DNA of 64,000 nt from an uncultured Acidobacteriota bacterium (GTDB lineage Bacteria; Acidobacteriota; Thermoanaerobaculia; UBA5066; Gp7-AA6). Below the pieces are notes generated by a model. The model made no database searches, was not told the origin of the DNA, and was given only the letters and a program-made list of their open reading frames with translations. This document shows positions 8,439-19,092 of the stretch, in pieces. Within the stretch, counting starts at the first letter, position 1. Each line of letters starts with the position of its first letter. The stretch spans positions 675,224 to 739,223 of the forward strand of contig CAWHTA010000002.1 in the NCBI GenBank assembly GCA_963832145.1, given 5' to 3'. The translations under genes and the position numbers were made by a program.

Positions 8439-9630
8439 GGGGGGCCGCGGGGGCGAAGGTCCACTCTCCGTTCTGCAGGTGCTCGAGAAGGGGAGCTTCA
8501 CGACCGGCAGCGTCGTCCAGATGTTCGAGCTCGCTCGCGGGCTCGCCCGGCGGGGGCACCGGGTCGGCGTCGTCTCCCGGCCGGGAGGAGAGGTCGCCGA
8601 TCGCTCCCGCGCCGAGGGAATCGACTTCTACCCGCTCCCCCTGAAGCACGAGTTCGACTTCGCGAGCGCGCGGCTTCTCGCGCGCCTCGTCGACGAGCGC
8701 GGCGTGCAGGTCGTCCACGTGCACAAGGGCATCGCGCACTCCGCCGCGCTCTTCGCGACGTTCTTCTCGCGGCGGCGGCCCGCGCTCGTCGTGAACCGGG
8801 GCGTCTCTTTCCCTCTGGACGCGGCGAGCTCGCTCAAGTACCGGTTCCGCCTCGACGCGGTCGTCACCGTCTGCGAAGACATCAAGAGAGTCGTCGTCCG
8901 GTCCGCCGGAGTTCCGCCCGAAAAGGTCCACGTCGTCTACGCGGGCGTGGACCTGCAGCGCTTCGACCCCTCGCGCGCGGACGGGGCCCGGGTGCGGCGG
9001 GAGTGGCAGATCGGGGACGGGGAGAGGCTCCTCCTCCAGGTCGGGGCACGCGACTGGAAGGGCTGGCGGGACGTCGTTTCGGCGGCAGCGCTCCTCGGGG
9101 AACGTTTTCCCGGCCTCGTCGTCGCCATCGTCGCCTGCAAGGACGAAGCGGAAAAGGAACGGGTCCTTTCCTTCGCCCGCGAGAAGGGGATCGGGGAGCG
9201 CGTTCGGGCGATCGGTTTCCGAACCGACATGCCCGACGTGCTCGCGGCCGCGGACGTCGTCGCCGACCTCTCCTACGAAGGCCTCGGAATCACCGGCACG
9301 ATCCGCGAGGCGATGGCTTTGGGCAAGCCGGTCGTGGCGAGCGCCGCCGGAGGCAACCCGGAGCTCGTCGAAGACGGCGTTTCCGGCCGGCTCGTTCCTC
9401 CGCGCGACCCCGCCGCCCTGGCGTCGGCCGTCGAGAGCCTGCTCGAAGACCCTTCCCTCGCCTCGCGTCTCGGCCGGAGCGCCCGCGAGCGCGTCGTCGC
9501 GGGCTTCTCGACCGAGGTGCGACTCGATCGGATCGAGACGCTCTACCGGCGACTGGTTTCGCGGTCGATCGCTAGCGCCGGAAGAGCCAGAGGAGGAGCG
9601 TCACCACCAGCGACAATAGAAGACAGGTGA
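8428..9630 (+). CDS. glycosyltransferase family 4 (GT-B, glycos_transf_1)
   Basis: 400 aa. N-terminal GT4 sugar-binding-like half. C-terminal 'EGLGITGTIREAMALGKPVVASAAGGNPELVEDGVSG' is the E-x7-E region. Confidence 0.85.
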   Translation: MATEGGRGGEGPLSVLQVLEKGSFTTGSVVQMFELARGLARRGHRVGVVSRPGGEVADRSRAEGIDFYPLPLKHEFDFASARLLARLVDERGVQVVHVHKGIAHSAALFATFFSRRRPALVVNRGVSFPLDAASSLKYRFRLDAVVTVCEDIKRVVVRSAGVPPEKVHVVYAGVDLQRFDPSRADGARVRREWQIGDGERLLLQVGARDWKGWRDVVSAAALLGERFPGLVVAIVACKDEAEKERVLSFAREKGIGERVRAIGFRTDMPDVLAAADVVADLSYEGLGITGTIREAMALGKPVVASAAGGNPELVEDGVSGRLVPPRDPAALASAVESLLEDPSLASRLGRSARERVVAGFSTEVRLDRIETLYRRLVSRSIASAGRARGGASPPATIEDR

Positions 9631-9793
9631 CGATCGGAAAGACGAACGTGAAGCCGGGACGCCGGACGACGACGTCCCCCGGCAGCCGCCCGAAGTACTT
9701 CGAGAGAAGCGGCCACGCGATGGCGGTGAGCAAAAGGGCGATCCCTCCGACGAGGAGAACGGTCCGAACGGAGGATCCACCCACCTTCGTCAT
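9572..9793 (-). CDS. DUF2905 family small membrane protein
   Basis: Only the last 73 codons of track ORF 9572..10252 look real: MTKVGGSSVRTVLLVGGIALLLTAIAWPLLSKYFGRLPGDVVVRRPGFTFVFPIVTCLLLSLVVTLLLWLFRR. The 'GRLPGD...F.FPI.TC...S' pattern is typical of the family. ATG at 9793. Confidence 0.7.
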   Translation of the reverse strand: MTKVGGSSVRTVLLVGGIALLLTAIAWPLLSKYFGRLPGDVVVRRPGFTFVFPIVTCLLLSLVVTLLLWLFRR

Positions 9794-9803
9794 TATCCCC
9801 GAC

Positions 9804-9838
9804 CCCTGAAACCTGACCCCTGATACCGGATACCTGCC
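9804..9838. repeat. CTGA-heptad array (copy b), five tandem heptads
   Basis: ccccTGA aaccTGA ccccTGA taccgga tacctgc. It nearly fills the 46-nt gap between the divergent starts at 9793 (-) and 9840 (+). Confidence 0.85.
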
Positions 9839-9839
9839 C

Positions 9840-10529
9840 ATGCCCGAGCCTTTCCGCATCCGCGACCTGCCCGCGGACGAAAGGCCGCGCGAAAGGCTCG
9901 CGCGCGCGGGTCCTTCCGCGCTCTCCTCGGAAGAGCTGCTCGCGCTTCTCCTCGGATCGGGCGGCCGCGGCGAGAGCGCTCTCGACTGCGCTCGCCGGCT
10001 TCTCGCCGCGCACGGCGGCCTGACCGGGCTGGCGAGCATGACCGTCAGCGAGCTCGCGCGCGAGCGCGGCGTCGGAAGAGCACGCGCCTCCGCGATCGAG
10101 GCGGCGATCGAAGTGGGCCGACGTCTCGCGACCGAGACGGTTTCCACGCGCGATCTCTTGAACGAGCCGGCTCTCGTCAAGGAGTACCTCCGGCGGACGC
10201 GCGGCGACGGAACCCAGGAGCGAACCGGCGCGCTGTACCTGAACGCGCGCAACCGGCTCTTGCGGGACGATCCGGAGATCTACCGCGGCACGCTCGACCG
10301 TGCTGTCGTCGAGCCGCGCGAGCTCCTGAAACGCGCGCTCCTCGCGAACGCGGCGGCGCTCATCGTGTACCACAACCACCCGTCCGGCGATCCGTCGCCC
10401 TCGCGCGAAGACCGCGAGTTCACCCGGCGACTCGCCTCGGCCGCGGACCTCGTCGGGCTGCGCCTGCTCGACCACGTCGTCGTCGGCCGCGACGGCTGCG
10501 TCTCGTTCCGGGAGGCCGGACTGCTCTGA
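9840..10529 (+). CDS. radC: RadC-family JAB/MPN domain protein
   Basis: 229 aa. HhH-like N-terminus 'SSEELLALLLGSGGRGESAL' and JAMM motif 'HNHPSGDPSPSREDREFT'. Confidence 0.9.
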   Translation: MPEPFRIRDLPADERPRERLARAGPSALSSEELLALLLGSGGRGESALDCARRLLAAHGGLTGLASMTVSELARERGVGRARASAIEAAIEVGRRLATETVSTRDLLNEPALVKEYLRRTRGDGTQERTGALYLNARNRLLRDDPEIYRGTLDRAVVEPRELLKRALLANAAALIVYHNHPSGDPSPSREDREFTRRLASAADLVGLRLLDHVVVGRDGCVSFREAGLL

Positions 10530-10553
10530 CTGCGGTATGTTTCCCGGCTCCCC

Positions 10554-12491
10554 ATGAAGACGTTCTACGCGACGACGCCCATCTACTACGTGAACGATCT
10601 GCCCCACATCGGGCACATCTACACGACCGTGGTGACGGACGTCGTGACGCGCTATCACCGCCTCGTCGGCGAGAAGACCCGGTTCCTGACCGGTACCGAC
10701 GAGCACGGGCAGAACATCGAGCGGGCGGCGGCGGCTCTCGGCATCGAGCCGATCGAGCTCGCTGACCGGGTCGTCCGGCGGTACCACGAGCTCTGGAAGA
10801 CGTTCGAGATTCGCAACGACGACTTCATCCGGACGACCGAAGCGCGGCACCACCGCGGCGTCGTCGAGATCATCCGGCGGATGGAAGCGGCCGGCGACCT
10901 GTACCTCGACCGTCATGAGGGGTGGTACTGCGCAAGCTGCGAGGCCTTCTATACGGAGAAGGAGCTCCAGGACGGCAACTGTCCCGTCCACGAGAAGCCG
11001 GCGGCGTGGCAGTCCGAGGAGAACATGTTCTTCCGGCTCTCGCGGTACGCGGAGCCGCTGCTCGACCTCTATCGGAGCCGGCCCGAGTTCGTGCGCCCCG
11101 AGAACCGCCGCTCGGAGGTGACGTCGTTCGTCGCCGCCGGACTGAAGGACATCTCGGTGTCGCGCACGAACGTGAAGTGGGGCATTCCGTTCCCCGATCG
11201 GCCGGGACACGTCGTGTACGTGTGGCTCGACGCCCTCTCCAACTACATCACCGCGCTCGGGTTCGGCTCGGAGGACGACGCGCTCTACCGGGAGTTCTGG
11301 GAGGAACCGGACGGGCGGCGCGTCCACCTGATCGGCAAGGACATCCTTCGCTTCCACGCGGTGTTCTGGCCGGCGTTCCTCCTGTCGGCGGGGCTGCCCC
11401 TGCCGACGACCGTCTGGGCGCACGGCTGGTGGCTGCACGACGCGAAGAAGATGTCCAAGTCCGTCGGCAACGTCGTGCGGCCCGACCGGCTCGTCGCCGA
11501 GTTCGGTCCGGAGGCGCTGCGGTACTTCCTCCTGCGGGAGATGGCGTTCGGACAGGACGCCAACTTCTCCGACCAGGCGTTTCTCGAGCGATACAACGCG
11601 GACCTCGCCAACGACCTCGGCAATACCGTCTCGCGCGTCGCGGCCCTCTGCCGGCAGTCGTTCGGGACCTCGCCGCCCGAGAGCTGCGAGGACAACGAAG
11701 TGATCGCCGCGTGGGAGCGCGCCCGCACCGACTGGCGCGCCGCGATGGACGAGTTCGCCTTCAACCGGGGGCTGGAAGCGATCTGGCGGTTTCTCTCCGA
11801 GATCAACGGGTACGTCGTGGCGCGGGAGCCCTGGAAGATCCGGAAAGAGGAGGGGAGCTCGCCGCGGCTGGCGCGGGTGCTCTACGCGGCGTCCGAGGGC
11901 GTGCGGCTCGCCGCCGCTCTGCTTTCGCCGTTCACGCCCGCGACGTCGCGGAAGATCTTCGCCGCCCTGGGCGCGCCCCCCGATGACCCGCAGCTTTCCG
12001 ACCTGGAGTGGGGCCGGCTGCCGACCGCGGCGCCGCTCGCGCCGGCGGAGTCGCTCTTCCCACGGGTCGACACCGCGGTCTACTTTTCGACGCAGGAGGA
12101 GAAGATGACGACGGAGAACCCCGACGCGGTCCCTCCAGCCCCGCCGCCCTCGTCTCACGACGGCCGCATCTCGATCGAGGACTTCCAGAAGGTCCGACTC
12201 GTCACGGGGCGCGTCGTCGAGGCGGAGCGGGTTCCGAAGTCGAACAAGCTCGTGCGGCTGCAGGTCGACCTGGGGACCGAGCGGCGCCAGGTCGTTGCGG
12301 GAATCGCGAAGCGCTACGAGCCGGAGGCTCTCGTCGGGAGAACCGTCGTGATCGTCGCGAACCTGAAGCCCGCCACGCTGATGGGGGTCGAGTCGAACGG
12401 TATGGTGCTCGCAGCGACGGTCGGAGAAACGGGGGAGCCGTGGCTCCTCGACGTGCCCGGGGACGTTCCGCCCGGCAGCGTCGTGAAGTAG
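10554..12491 (+). CDS. metG: methionine--tRNA ligase with C-terminal tRNA-binding (EMAP/Trbp111-like) domain
   Basis: 645 aa. HIGH motif 'LPHIGHIYT', 'KMSKSVGN', C-terminal OB domain 'KLVRLQVDLGTERRQVVAGI'. Confidence 0.97.
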   Translation: MKTFYATTPIYYVNDLPHIGHIYTTVVTDVVTRYHRLVGEKTRFLTGTDEHGQNIERAAAALGIEPIELADRVVRRYHELWKTFEIRNDDFIRTTEARHHRGVVEIIRRMEAAGDLYLDRHEGWYCASCEAFYTEKELQDGNCPVHEKPAAWQSEENMFFRLSRYAEPLLDLYRSRPEFVRPENRRSEVTSFVAAGLKDISVSRTNVKWGIPFPDRPGHVVYVWLDALSNYITALGFGSEDDALYREFWEEPDGRRVHLIGKDILRFHAVFWPAFLLSAGLPLPTTVWAHGWWLHDAKKMSKSVGNVVRPDRLVAEFGPEALRYFLLREMAFGQDANFSDQAFLERYNADLANDLGNTVSRVAALCRQSFGTSPPESCEDNEVIAAWERARTDWRAAMDEFAFNRGLEAIWRFLSEINGYVVAREPWKIRKEEGSSPRLARVLYAASEGVRLAAALLSPFTPATSRKIFAALGAPPDDPQLSDLEWGRLPTAAPLAPAESLFPRVDTAVYFSTQEEKMTTENPDAVPPAPPPSSHDGRISIEDFQKVRLVTGRVVEAERVPKSNKLVRLQVDLGTERRQVVAGIAKRYEPEALVGRTVVIVANLKPATLMGVESNGMVLAATVGETGEPWLLDVPGDVPPGSVVK

Positions 12492-12512
12492 GGGTCCGCC
12501 CGGGCTCGACTG

Positions 12513-13283
12513 GTGCTCGCCGACTCACATTGCCACCTCCACATGCTCGGGGACCCGCTGCCCGACGTGATGGCGCGCGCCCGCGAGGCGGGCGTCTCGC
12601 GGTTTCTCGTCCCCGGTACGACGTTCGCGGACTCGCGCGACGCCGTGCGCCTCGCGCAGGCGAACGAAGACGTGCTTGCGGCGGTCGGGGTGCACCCGCA
12701 CGAGGCGAAAGACTTCGACGCGAAGCGCGACGGGCCCGGGCTCGAGGATCTCGCGCGCTCGCCCGGCGTGGCCGCGATCGGGGAGATCGGCCTCGACTTC
12801 CACTACGACCTTTCGCCGCGTGCCCGCCAGATCGAGACGCTCGAGTGGATGCTCGACCTCGCGCGCCGGATCGACCTCCCGGTGATCCTCCACAACCGGG
12901 AGAGCTCGGCCGAGATGCTCGCGCTCGTCGGGCGGTTCGGCCCGCGGGAGAACGCCGGCGTGTTCCACTCGTTTACCGCGAACGCGGACTTCGGCCGGAA
13001 GGCGATCGATCTCGGTTACGTCGTGTCGTTCTCGGGGATGATCACTTTCCGGAAGGCCGAGAACATCCGGGAATCCGCCGCGGCGCTGCCCCTGGAGGCG
13101 ATGCTCGTCGAGACCGATTCGCCCTACCTCGCGCCGGAGCCCTACCGGGGCAAGCCGTGCGAGCCGGCGTTCGTCGTCGAGACGGCGAAGAGGCTCGCGC
13201 AGGTGAAGGGGGTCGCGCTCTCGGAGGTCGAGGACCGGACGACAGCGGCGTTCGATCGGCTCTTCACGCGGCGCGGAGCGTGA
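12513..13283 (+). CDS. TatD family metal-dependent hydrolase/DNase
   Basis: 256 aa, GTG start. 'DSHCHLH', 'IGEIGLDFHY', 'VILHNRES', 'ETDSPYLAP'. Confidence 0.9.
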   Translation: MLADSHCHLHMLGDPLPDVMARAREAGVSRFLVPGTTFADSRDAVRLAQANEDVLAAVGVHPHEAKDFDAKRDGPGLEDLARSPGVAAIGEIGLDFHYDLSPRARQIETLEWMLDLARRIDLPVILHNRESSAEMLALVGRFGPRENAGVFHSFTANADFGRKAIDLGYVVSFSGMITFRKAENIRESAAALPLEAMLVETDSPYLAPEPYRGKPCEPAFVVETAKRLAQVKGVALSEVEDRTTAAFDRLFTRRGA

Positions 13284-13651
13284 CGAGCCCTTCCCGCATC
13301 TCCCCGCGCGACTTCGAGGCGCTCGTCGAGGAGGCGCTCGCTTCGGTGCCCGCCCGCTTCCGGCAGTACCTGACGAACATCGTCGTGGTCGTCGAAGAGG
13401 AGCCGGCGGACGAGGACTACGACGAGACCGACACCCCGGACGACGAGGAGCTCTTCGGGATCTTCCGGGGCGTGCCGTTTTTCGAGCGCGACCGGCAGGT
13501 CACGGACCTGCCCGGCCAGATCGCGATCTTCCGCGGGCCGATCCTCCGGTCCTGCGAGACGCGGGGCGAGGCGATTCGCGAGATCCGCGACACCGTGGTC
13601 CATGAGCTGGGGCATCTGCTGGGACTTGAAGATGGTGAAATGCCGTACTGA
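13280..13651 (+). CDS. metallopeptidase family protein (zincin-like, DUF1025-type)
   Basis: This is the C-terminal 123 codons of track ORF 12008..13651. GTG 13280 overlaps the tatD-like stop (GTGA). Acidic stretch, then 'TVVHELGHLLGLEDGEM' (HExxH). Confidence 0.7.
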   Translation: MTSPSRISPRDFEALVEEALASVPARFRQYLTNIVVVVEEEPADEDYDETDTPDDEELFGIFRGVPFFERDRQVTDLPGQIAIFRGPILRSCETRGEAIREIRDTVVHELGHLLGLEDGEMPY

Positions 13652-13687
13652 TCACGCGAAGGGCTGACTCCGAGCCCTTTGCCTTCC

Positions 13688-13718
13688 CTGTCATCCCGAG
13701 CGAAGCGAGGGATCTGGG
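13688..13718. repeat. half copy of repeat family A (gtcatcccgagcgaagcgagggatc type)
   Basis: ctgtcatcccgagcgaagcgagggatctggg is the reverse complement of 44423-44453. It is also related to 37497-37509. Confidence 0.85.
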
Positions 13719-13738
13719 CGCTTGGTCAATGGCGGTAT

Positions 13739-13769
13739 CCGGGATCTGACCCCTTCGGGATCAGACCCC
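13739..13769. repeat. repeat family B (gatcTGACCCC ... GGGaTCAGAcc)
   Basis: ccgggatctgaccccttcgggatcagacccc. The same gatctgaccccc/gggggtcag core occurs twice at 48716-48805. Confidence 0.75.
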
Positions 13770-13782
13770 TCCACGCGGTCAT

Positions 13783-13811
13783 AAAAAAAGCCGCCCTTGC
13801 GGGCGGCTTTT
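13783..13811. terminator. bidirectional rho-independent terminator
   Basis: 9-bp stem aagccgccc/gggcggctt with loop ttgc. It is flanked by an A7 run (a strong U-tract for the minus-strand lipoprotein gene) and TTTT (weaker, for the metG-tatD operon). Confidence 0.7.
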
Positions 13812-13825
13812 CGAATCTTCTCAAG

Positions 13826-14677
13826 TCACCTTACCCGCACCGGCTCCTCGAGCGTGAAGGCCACCGTCTGGCCGGCGTCCACCGTGAAGTCGAGGTCTCC
13901 CGTCGCCGCGGCGACTCCGGTGCCGACCGCCGCTCCGGCGGCCGCGCCCGTCAGGGTGCCCTCGGTGTCCTTCCCGAGAACCTGGCCGAGGATGGCTCCG
14001 ACCGCGGCGCCACCGGCGATGTAGCCAACGTTCCTCTTCGTGTGCGTCTTGCCGACCCGGTCGTACGCCGACGTCCGCACCGGCGTCATGCCGCCGCGGG
14101 TCTCGATCTCGGTCAGCCGGAATCGGAGCTCCGCCGGCCGCGCGAGCTTGCCCGAATCGACGACGTGCTCGACGGTGCCGACGACGCGGCTGCCCGAGGA
14201 CGCGGCCACGCGACCTCCCTCGTCGAGAACGTCGTCCAGGAGCCGGCCGCGAACTGTGTCGCCGACTTTGGCGGTCGCCGTCGAGATCGGCTCGTCGAAA
14301 GCGACGCGGACGATCGTGCCCGAAGGGACCTCTCGCGCCGCGGACGGAGCCTGCGCGGGAGCAGGCCGCTCTTCCGAGTATCCCGGACGGCCCGTGGACG
14401 TCGTCGAGCGGGACTGGGTCGCCGCCCGGCGCCGAGTGGCGTTGCGCTGGGAAACGACGACGGGGTCCGCCGTGATGACGGAGTCCGCGGGCGGTACGAA
14501 TGCGGTACCTGCCGCGGTCGAAGTCGTCGTGGTCGTCGTCGTGGTCGTCGTGACCGCGCCCGCGTCGGGGCTGGTGGCGACTGTCGTCGTCTCCGTCTTC
14601 TTGCAGGCGGCCGCGCCGAAGACGAGTGCCCCGGCGAGGACCGCGATGGGAACGAGGCTGAATTTCCTGTGAGTCAT
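13826..14677 (-). CDS. lipoprotein with poly-Thr linker and C-terminal glycine-zipper region, function unknown
   Basis: GGAGG lies 8 nt upstream of ATG 14677. Lipobox 'VFGAAAC'. Run of 11 Thr ('TTTTTTTTTTTS'). C-terminus 'GYIAGGAAVGAILGQVLG...GAAAGAAVGTGVAAATG'. Confidence 0.7.
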   Translation of the reverse strand: MTHRKFSLVPIAVLAGALVFGAAACKKTETTTVATSPDAGAVTTTTTTTTTTSTAAGTAFVPPADSVITADPVVVSQRNATRRRAATQSRSTTSTGRPGYSEERPAPAQAPSAAREVPSGTIVRVAFDEPISTATAKVGDTVRGRLLDDVLDEGGRVAASSGSRVVGTVEHVVDSGKLARPAELRFRLTEIETRGGMTPVRTSAYDRVGKTHTKRNVGYIAGGAAVGAILGQVLGKDTEGTLTGAAAGAAVGTGVAAATGDLDFTVDAGQTVAFTLEEPVRVR

Positions 14678-14812
14678 TTCAAGCACCTCCTGCGCTCGGG
14701 CGGTTAAGGGAGCAAGCGCTGTGCCGCCGGGCCAGGGGCCCGGCTCCTCGTTAACCTGCTTCCGTAAAGAGACTTATCCGCATTCGGTCGAGCCGGGTGT
14801 CCCCCGGAGGTG

Positions 14813-17020
<2,208 letters not shown>

Positions 17021-17119
17021 CGTCTTCCTTACTTTCTGCCGAAGGATCGGCGAGGGCGGATCGGGTAACGCGCGTGGTCCCCGCCGGGGCGGGTCACCGG
17101 CCGGTGCGTCGGCGGCGAG

Positions 17120-17395
17120 TTACTTCCGGATCCCGAGGCGCTCGATCAACCGGTGATAGCGCGCGAGGTCTTCCGACTTCACGTAATCGAGCAGGCGCCG
17201 GCGCCGGCCGACGAGCTTCAGGAGTCCACGCCGGGAGTGGTGGTCCTTCGCGTTCGACTTGAAGTGCTCGGTCAGGTAAGTGATGCGATTCGTCAGCAGC
17301 GCGACCTGCACCTCGGGCGACCCCGTGTCGGTGTCGTGGGTGCGGTACTGCTGGACGATCGTCGGCTTTTTCTCCCGATGTTCCGTGACGTTCAC
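17120..17395 (-). CDS. rpsO: 30S ribosomal protein S15
   Basis: 91 aa, GTG start after GGAGGA. '[48 protein letters not shown]'. Confidence 0.95.
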   Translation of the reverse strand: MNVTEHREKKPTIVQQYRTHDTDTGSPEVQVALLTNRITYLTEHFKSNAKDHHSRRGLLKLVGRRRRLLDYVKSEDLARYHRLIERLGIRK

Positions 17396-17460
17396 TGATC
17401 CTCCAACTCTCTACTCACTACTACTTTTTTCAAACTTCGCAGACTAACACAGGACGCAAG

Positions 17461-18390
17461 TCATTCGGCCAGCACGAGCTTGGGGCGGATGAGGGCGATC
17501 CCCCGGGTGCCGATGGGCGTCACCTGGCCGAGCGCGACCATCTCGTCGGACGGGCCGACGAGCGCGACCCAGTCGCCCTCCTTCGATGAGACCCCCCGCG
17601 CCGGGATCGACTGACCCTTGCGGATCTTCCACGTCTCGAGGGAGGCGAGCCGCACCCGCTCGAACGGGAAGTGGACGCGCGAGAGGGGCAGGGCGTGGGG
17701 GCCTTCCAGCCGCTCCGCCGCGGTCATCTGCTCGAAGCGCTCGAGCGGGGCCGCGTTCTCTACGGAGAAGTCGCCGATCCGGGTCCGACGAAGCGATTCG
17801 AGGTGCGCCCCGCAGCCGAGCTTTTCCCCGAGCTCGCTCGCGATCGAGCGGATGTACGTCCCGGACGTGCAGGCGATGGAAAACGGGAGCCGGCCGTCGA
17901 CGGGCGCGCCGAACTCGAGCCGCGAGACGCGGACCTTCTTCGGCATGAGGGGCACCGTCTCGCCCTTGCGCGCCATCTCGTAGAACTTCCGTCCACCGAC
18001 CTTCTTCGCGGAGTAGGGGGGCGGCGACTGGAGAAACTCCCCGCGGAACGCCTCGGCCGCCGCTTCGACAGCCGCCCGATCGACCCCCTCCACGCCGCGC
18101 TCGGTGCCCACCAGCTCCCCCTCGCGGTCGTAGGTTGTCGTCGCGCGTCCGAGCCGGATGACCCCCTCGTACGACTTGTCCATGAGCGTGAAGAAGCCCT
18201 GGAGCCGGGCCGCCTCTCCCGCGCAGAGGAGGAGGAGGCCGGTTGCCATCGGGTCGAGCGTCCCGCTATGGCCGACGCGGGCGACGGAGAGCGCGGTCCG
18301 CACCCGCTCGACGACGTCGTGAGACGTGAGCCCCGCGGGTTTGTCGAGCAGGAAGAGATATCCCCGGCGAAAGGGATCGGCGGCCTTCAC
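17461..18390 (-). CDS. truB: tRNA pseudouridine(55) synthase
   Basis: This is the last 309 codons of track ORF 17461..19071. GTG 18390 overlaps the rbfA stop (GTGA). 'LDKPAGLTSHDVV', catalytic 'GHSGTLDPMATGLL'. Confidence 0.9.
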   Translation of the reverse strand: MKAADPFRRGYLFLLDKPAGLTSHDVVERVRTALSVARVGHSGTLDPMATGLLLLCAGEAARLQGFFTLMDKSYEGVIRLGRATTTYDREGELVGTERGVEGVDRAAVEAAAEAFRGEFLQSPPPYSAKKVGGRKFYEMARKGETVPLMPKKVRVSRLEFGAPVDGRLPFSIACTSGTYIRSIASELGEKLGCGAHLESLRRTRIGDFSVENAAPLERFEQMTAAERLEGPHALPLSRVHFPFERVRLASLETWKIRKGQSIPARGVSSKEGDWVALVGPSDEMVALGQVTPIGTRGIALIRPKLVLAE

Positions 18391-18752
18391 TGCTCCTCTT
18401 CCGCTTCCGGGAGGACTTCCGAGAGGATTTCTTCGATTCTCGCGCCGGTCTCGAACGTGAGGTCGCGCTGGAAGTGGAGCTCCGGAGCGTAGCGAAGCCC
18501 GCAGCGACGGCCGACCTCGCGACGGAGGAAACCGGACGCGCGCGCCAGGCCCTCGCCCACGCGGACGAGCGCGGCTTCGTCGCCGTGCGCGGTGAAGTAC
18601 ACGCGGGCCGACCTCAGATCCGGCGGCATCTCGACGTCCGTGATCGTCACGAGCCGGATCTCCGGATCGTGGACCTCGGTCAGGAGGAGGTTCGAGATCT
18701 CTGCCCGGACGATGTCGGCGACGCGCTCGCGGCGGCGGGAGTCTTTTTTCAT
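18387..18752 (-). CDS. rbfA: ribosome-binding factor A
   Basis: 121 aa. 'RVADIVRAEISNLLL...VTITDVEMPPDLRSARVYF'. Confidence 0.93.
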   Translation of the reverse strand: MKKDSRRRERVADIVRAEISNLLLTEVHDPEIRLVTITDVEMPPDLRSARVYFTAHGDEAALVRVGEGLARASGFLRREVGRRCGLRYAPELHFQRDLTFETGARIEEILSEVLPEAEEEQ

Positions 18753-18767
18753 AGGAAGCTTTCAGTT

Positions 18768-19055
18768 CTACACATGGATGAACTCGTTCCGATAGTTCAG
18801 CAACTCGCCTTCCAGGTTCTGCTCGACGAACGACAGGATGTTCTGCAGCAGGGCGTCCAGGGGCTGCTGGTCGGGCCCCACCGCCGCCACGCCGAGCTCC
18901 GCTCGCTGGAGAAGGTCCTGCGAACCCACCTCCGCCGCCGAAACCTCGAACTCCCTCCGGATCCGGGCCTTCAGCGACCGGACGATCATCCGCTTCTCCT
19001 TCAGGCCGCGACAGCCGGGAAGGTGCAGGTCGAAGACAGCGTAGGCGAGGACCAT
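18768..19055 (-). CDS. DUF503 family protein (YlxP-like)
   Basis: 95 aa. 'LHLPGCRGLKEKRMIVRSLKARIRREFEVSAAEVG'. It sits in the canonical position between infB and rbfA. Confidence 0.8.
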   Translation of the reverse strand: MVLAYAVFDLHLPGCRGLKEKRMIVRSLKARIRREFEVSAAEVGSQDLLQRAELGVAAVGPDQQPLDALLQNILSFVEQNLEGELLNYRNEFIHV

Positions 19056-19092
19056 GGTTTGTCAGGCGCAAGTCGGGCCAGGCCGCGAATCT

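Noticed and set aside
9543-12158. 871-aa minus-strand ORF
   Set aside because: It is antisense to radC and metG and has no motifs. Only its extreme 3' neighbourhood (a different ORF, 9572..9793) is a real small gene.
17095-17106. Perfect 12-nt palindrome caccggccggtg in the rpsO-pnp spacer, considered as an rpsO terminator or RNase III site
   Set aside because: It has no loop and no U-tract, and the neighbouring stems are only 4-5 bp. There is not enough support to call a terminator or processing site.
17396-17460. Unusually AT-rich 65-nt rpsO leader considered as an S15 autoregulatory structure
   Set aside because: I found no convincing pseudoknot or three-way junction by eye. AT-richness alone is compatible with a simple promoter or UTR. 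A covariance model would be needed.
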